DNA from: Verrucomicrobiales bacterium | GTDB lineage: Bacteria; Verrucomicrobiota; Verrucomicrobiia; Limisphaerales; UBA11320 | Assembly: GCA_016793885.1 (NCBI GenBank) | Contig: JAEUHE010000079.1 | Span: forward strand, 36,234-100,233 | DNA: 64,000 nucleotides | Direction of reading: 5' to 3' | Shown: positions 60,038 through 64,000 of the stretch, one piece after another | How the letters are laid out: each line of letters starts with the position of its first letter | Numbering within the stretch: position 1 is the stretch's first letter | Notes under the pieces: model-generated | Database searches by the model: none | What the model saw: the letters and a program-made list of their open reading frames with translations, nothing else | What the model was told of the DNA's origin: nothing | Made by a program: the position numbers and the translations under genes

Positions 60038-60934
60038 CTATCGGTTGGTTCCGTGGTTCACTGAGTCCGTCAACCAACGGTGCAGTCCGGCCAGATCATC
60101 AGCTCCGAGGAGGTCAACCCCCGCTCTCTGCAACACCTTCCATCCGCGAGGATCATTGCCCGTGGCCCAGAAGCGGAGACGGCGATTCTGGGCGTGAGCC
60201 TTCGCCACCACCGCCTGCAGCTTCACCCAGTCCGCCGTTGAAATCTCCCCTTCCCCACGCCACGTAAAGTGAGAAACCCAATTGTCGCTGACCCAGGGGA
60301 AGAGATGCGGAGATGGGTTGGTTTCCAGATCCTTAAGCCGCCCATCGATTCCACACCACCGACGCTTCTGCTGCTCCACCAGCCGGATGGGCCGATCCCC
60401 TGAAAGCACCACGGTCACCGCCCCGGTGCGGGTGCTGTCAGCGGTAAACGACGTCAACATCCCGCGATAGCGACGCAGAAGGCGATCCAGCACCGGATAC
60501 ACCTTCTCCGCATCCTCCTTGATGTCGATCAGCAACGTGAAGGGCGCCTTTTCCGGGTAGACCCTGCCACCGTTCCGACGGACCCGGGCGCGCAAGGGAT
60601 CCAAGTACAACCCCTCCAATGTGCGATCCGGCCGCACATCCTGGCGATCATGTGCGACCAGCAGCTTGCCTTCCACGAGATAGATATCCGCCTCTACATT
60701 GCAAAAGCCCAGCGCCAGGGCGTCCTGGAGCGGACGAGCCTGCTCGTAATCATTGTGGGAATGCGCCTGGATCAAGGGCTGAGGAGATCCTGCGAGCTTG
60801 ACGGCTTCCGCAGCAGGGGCGGCCGGCAACCCGAACCCCGACAGGGTCAAGAACGCGCCCACGATGACCATGAGACCGAGGTTGAAAGGAGTCAGGCAAC
60901 GGCGCGTCGTCATGAGCCTGGGGGAAAAGTGCAT
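60038..60934 (-). CDS. PI-PLC X-domain-like / GDPD-superfamily phosphodiesterase, secreted (298 aa)
   Basis: Signal-like N-terminus and the catalytic-His motif LIQAHSHNDYEQ (SHNxY of PI-PLC X-box). The track's 673-aa ORF is an antisense read-through across rlmN; the ATG at 60934 gives the real gene. Confidence 0.65.
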   Translation of the reverse strand: MHFSPRLMTTRRCLTPFNLGLMVIVGAFLTLSGFGLPAAPAAEAVKLAGSPQPLIQAHSHNDYEQARPLQDALALGFCNVEADIYLVEGKLLVAHDRQDVRPDRTLEGLYLDPLRARVRRNGGRVYPEKAPFTLLIDIKEDAEKVYPVLDRLLRRYRGMLTSFTADSTRTGAVTVVLSGDRPIRLVEQQKRRWCGIDGRLKDLETNPSPHLFPWVSDNWVSHFTWRGEGEISTADWVKLQAVVAKAHAQNRRLRFWATGNDPRGWKVLQRAGVDLLGADDLAGLHRWLTDSVNHGTNR

Positions 60935-61066
60935 AACGGAGGCTGATTCGCCGCTCGCGATTTGAAAAGCCGAAACCAGCCAAAGCGCACCCCCTCGTCC
61001 CACCACACTTTGCTTCTTCACAGCGCCGCACAGAAGGCTACACTCTAGTCCTTCGAGCCGACGACG

Positions 61067-62218
61067 ATGACGACGACCAAAAAGCCAGACATCCGATCCC
61101 AGACCCGCGACGAGCTTGTGGCCCAGTTTGCCGAATGGGGCCAGGCGGCGTATCGCGTCGACCAGCTCCTCACCTGGCTTTACCCGCGCCGGGCCGATTC
61201 CTGGGAAGCCATGACGAACCTGCCCAAAGCGCTGCGCGAAAAGCTGGGGGCCACTTACTCGCTCCACCTCCCTGCGCTGGTCACCAAGCAGGGTTCTCGG
61301 GACACCACTCAGAAGTTTCTTTGGCGCCTCCAGGACGGCTCGTTCATCGAGAGCGTGCTGATCCCGGCCTCCCCCGCCCTCTACGGCGAGCAAAGCGACC
61401 GACATACCCTTTGCATCTCCACCCAAGTCGGCTGTGCTTACGGCTGCAAGTTCTGTGCGAGCGGGCTGGAGGGGTGGAAACGGAATCTGGGTCCGGAGGA
61501 AATCTTGGGGCAAGTGCTCGCGATTGAACGTTGGCATCAGGAACAGAAACCTGAGGATCAGCGGGCCACCTCGACGGCCGACGATCGGCTGGTGAGCAAC
61601 ATTGTGGTCATGGGCATGGGCGAACCGCTGGCGAACTACGACTCCCTGATGCGCGCCCTCGGAATCCTCAACTCCCCCTGGGGAGGAGGAATTGGCGCCC
61701 GTAAAATCACCATCTCGACCAGCGGCCTGGCACCTCAGATTCGCAAACTCGCCGATGATCCGCTGCAGTTCCGGCTGGCCATCTCGTTGCACGGGGCCAC
61801 GGATGAAGTGCGACAGCAGATCATGCCGGTCAATCGCAAGTACCCGTTGAAAGAACTCACCGCCGCCGGAGAATATTACCAGCAAAAGAAGGGGCGGATG
61901 ATCACCTTCGAGTATATTTTGATCGCCGGCATCAACGATCACATCAGCCAGGTCAAACCCTTGGCCACTCTGGCCAAAAAGCTTCATGCGAAGGTGAACC
62001 TGATCCCCTATAACAAGGTGGAAGGACTCCCTTGGGAACGGCCAAGCGAGAAGGTCCAAGAGTCATTTCTGGCTCACTTGGAGCAGGAACGCGTCACAGC
62101 GACCTTGCGCCGGGAAAAAGGCCACGATATCGACGCCGCCTGCGGACAACTCCGACTGCGCACCGAGCGGGCAACGGTGCCCAGTGCCAGTGCCACCCCG
62201 GAACTCCCCGCTCGTTAA
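61067..62218 (+). CDS. rlmN: Dual-specificity 23S rRNA/tRNA (adenine-C2)-methyltransferase, radical SAM
   Basis: Radical-SAM cluster motif CAYGCKFCAS and conserved RlmN blocks (GMGEPLAN, ISTSG). Confidence 0.92.
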   Translation: MTTTKKPDIRSQTRDELVAQFAEWGQAAYRVDQLLTWLYPRRADSWEAMTNLPKALREKLGATYSLHLPALVTKQGSRDTTQKFLWRLQDGSFIESVLIPASPALYGEQSDRHTLCISTQVGCAYGCKFCASGLEGWKRNLGPEEILGQVLAIERWHQEQKPEDQRATSTADDRLVSNIVVMGMGEPLANYDSLMRALGILNSPWGGGIGARKITISTSGLAPQIRKLADDPLQFRLAISLHGATDEVRQQIMPVNRKYPLKELTAAGEYYQQKKGRMITFEYILIAGINDHISQVKPLATLAKKLHAKVNLIPYNKVEGLPWERPSEKVQESFLAHLEQERVTATLRREKGHDIDAACGQLRLRTERATVPSASATPELPAR

Positions 62219-62277
62219 CCTCCGCGAAACCGGACTTCACTATTTGCAGCCGGCCAGAACTCTGGCTCAATAGACAC

Positions 62278-62898
62278 ATGATTGCGTTGCTTGATTACGG
62301 TTCTGGCAACCTGAGAAGCGTCGAGAAGGCGTTGCTTAAGGTGGGAGCCGACGTGCGTCTCATCACGCGTCCCGAAGGCATGAAGGACGCGCGCGCCATC
62401 GTGCTGCCCGGCGTCGGCGCCTTCGATGACTGCCTCAGCGCCATGCAGCGCCAGGATCTCCAAGCCGGGGTGGTCGAGTTCATCCGCACCGGCCGTCCCT
62501 TTCTCGGCATCTGCGTGGGCTATCAAGCCTTGTTCGAACGGAGCGAGGAATTCAACAGCTGCGCCTTGGGACTTCGAGTGTTCGACGGCAGCGTGGTACG
62601 ATTTTCCTCCAAGACCGGAGTGAAAATCCCTCAGATCGGCTGGAACCAGATCGAAATTCAAAACCCGGATTGCCCGCTCTATCGCGGGATTCCCAACCAG
62701 AGCTATGTCTACTTCGTACATAGTTTCTTCCCCCAGCCGAAAGACCCCTCGATCGTCGCCACCACCACCAGCTATGGGGAAAACTTCACTTCCTCAGTAT
62801 GGCGCGACAACGTCTTCGCGACGCAGTTCCATCCGGAAAAAAGCCAAACCGTCGGGCTCAAACTGCTGCAGAACTTTGTGACTCTCGCAGGAGGCTAA
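62278..62898 (+). CDS. hisH: Imidazole glycerol phosphate synthase, glutamine amidotransferase subunit
   Basis: MIALLDYGSGNLRSV start, catalytic Cys in GICVGYQAL, His/Glu in QFHPEKS. The track's upstream extension to 62032 overlaps rlmN and is rejected. Confidence 0.9.
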   Translation: MIALLDYGSGNLRSVEKALLKVGADVRLITRPEGMKDARAIVLPGVGAFDDCLSAMQRQDLQAGVVEFIRTGRPFLGICVGYQALFERSEEFNSCALGLRVFDGSVVRFSSKTGVKIPQIGWNQIEIQNPDCPLYRGIPNQSYVYFVHSFFPQPKDPSIVATTTSYGENFTSSVWRDNVFATQFHPEKSQTVGLKLLQNFVTLAGG

Positions 62899-62905
62899 TG
62901 CCCCA

Positions 62906-64000
62906 TTAAAGCTTCCGCACCGCCTGCCGAAGCTCCTCCAACTCGACTTCGAATCCTCCCGACAAAATCGGAAAACGACACCAGGTCTTGGGATCGAGGT
63001 TCTCGTCGTCAAGATGGAACGAGGGCGCATATCGCTCGCGCTTCCACTGATTGCGACACCACAACCGGAAAAACCGTTCCACCCAGACTCCCAGCTGCAT
63101 CGGAGTATACTGGGGAAATTGGAGGCGCATGTTGCGGAAAACATCCACGGGCGTGTGCTTGTCCCGAATCGCCGCCCGCTCAATCGCGTCCAGAAGCGGA
63201 TAAGGCATCAGGTCCGCCTCATCGGTCTGCAGCGACGAAGGCGGACGGAGTTCCGCGGTGGGAGCCTGCACGTTGACCACCGACAGTGCCGAAATCGGAT
63301 GCAGCCCGGTGGGCCCCTGCTTCTCGAGCCAAACAAGCCACTCGCGTAGAAACGCTTTATCGATCCCCGCAATAGGACTCACCCCGCCGCTGGTATCACC
63401 GTCCATCGTGGCATAACCGACCGCCGCTTCCGACCGATTGCTGGTGGAAAGCAGGAGTGCCCCCTTAAGGTTGGCCAGCAACCATACCCCGGGCGACCGC
63501 ACCCGAGCCTGGATGTTCTGCAGGGCCAGATCGTCCCGATCCCAGACCAACTCCCGCTTCAGGGCGGTGGAAACCAACTTGAGATAGCTCTCGTGGATTT
63601 CAGCCACTTCGAGCTCCAAGTGATCTGCTCCGACCGCGCTGGCCACGGTTCGCGCCGCCTCCCGGGTCACCGGACCGCTGTGACGGGTCGCCTGATAGAC
63701 AGTCGTCAGCAAACGCCGAACAATCGACTTCACGTCCGGGCATTCCGCGAGCCCCGGAATGAACGCGAGTTTGGCCACAAAGCCAGCCAGCCCTAGCTCA
63801 CGGACCCCAAACTCCACCATGAGAGAGATGAGGCAGGTGATGGCCGAGGAATCCGCCCCTCCGCTCAAGGACACCACAAACCCATGCGATCGACTCTTGC
63901 GCATGTAGTCGAAGAGCGCCAACGGCACGGCTCGGGCGAACTCCTCTTCCTTAATACACGAGGAGTGCTCCCAAGGTTCGGTTTGAGGTCGGGCCAGCTG
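62906..64000 (-). CDS. nadE: Glutamine-dependent NAD+ synthetase, C-terminal synthetase domain (N-terminal part lies beyond the window)
   Basis: PP-loop VVSLSGGADSS and NadE synthetase motifs. The reading frame continues to the window edge; the N-terminal CN-hydrolase domain is expected upstream on the minus strand. Confidence 0.85.
   Translation of the reverse strand, partial: QLARPQTEPWEHSSCIKEEEFARAVPLALFDYMRKSRSHGFVVSLSGGADSSAITCLISLMVEFGVRELGLAGFVAKLAFIPGLAECPDVKSIVRRLLTTVYQATRHSGPVTREAARTVASAVGADHLELEVAEIHESYLKLVSTALKRELVWDRDDLALQNIQARVRSPGVWLLANLKGALLLSTSNRSEAAVGYATMDGDTSGGVSPIAGIDKAFLREWLVWLEKQGPTGLHPISALSVVNVQAPTAELRPPSSLQTDEADLMPYPLLDAIERAAIRDKHTPVDVFRNMRLQFPQYTPMQLGVWVERFFRLWCRNQWKRERYAPSFHLDDENLDPKTWCRFPILSGGFEVELEELRQAVRKL

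Noticed and set aside
60935-62059. N-terminal 375 aa of the 673-aa minus-strand ORF
   Set aside because: This portion is antisense read-through across rlmN with no stop codon by chance. The real minus-strand gene (PI-PLC-like) starts at the ATG at 60934, where the signal peptide begins.
62032-62277. Upstream extension of hisH
   Set aside because: It overlaps the 3' end of rlmN. The conserved HisH N-terminus MIALLDYGSGN starts at 62278.

Overview
This is a roughly 62% GC chromosomal segment with dense coding on both strands. Nearly every six-frame ORF has a long antisense shadow ORF, which I treated as artefacts. The gene content (DUF1080 proteins, a TAT-signal Gfo/Idh/MocA oxidoreductase, a glucose/sorbosone-dehydrogenase-like propeller, an RRM protein with an RGG tail, several ECF/two-component modules) suggests a PVC-superphylum genome, possibly Verrucomicrobiota-like. 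That placement is inference only. Most of the window is housekeeping: an ABC-2 exporter, uvrB, a putative rlmI, miaA, lgt, prs-rplY(ctc)-pth-rpsF-ssb-rplI, trxA, a sugar ABC importer, gap, ribE, hisA, nadC, yebC, rlmN, hisH, nadE and a tRNA-Ser. The strongest candidate for an undescribed system is a tight plus-strand operon at about 29.8-39.4 kb. It encodes an orphan GspF/PilC-like (T2SSF) platform protein, a 719-aa SPFH/flotillin protein, a 1819-aa coiled-coil protein with an embedded MoxR/AAA_5-type ATPase domain, and a translationally coupled 279-aa proline-rich protein. Other notable items are a hairpin-rich repeat family present at two intergenic loci, a TolB-propeller/M28-peptidase/PDZ fusion, a GH-A hydrolase fused to a GT2 synthase with a membrane domain, an ECF sigma/anti-sigma/DUF3106-like triad divergent from two REC-PAS paralogs, direct repeats beside the tRNA-Ser, and tandem 16-bp repeats upstream of trxA. 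All calls are from reading the sequence and translations; no database searches were run.
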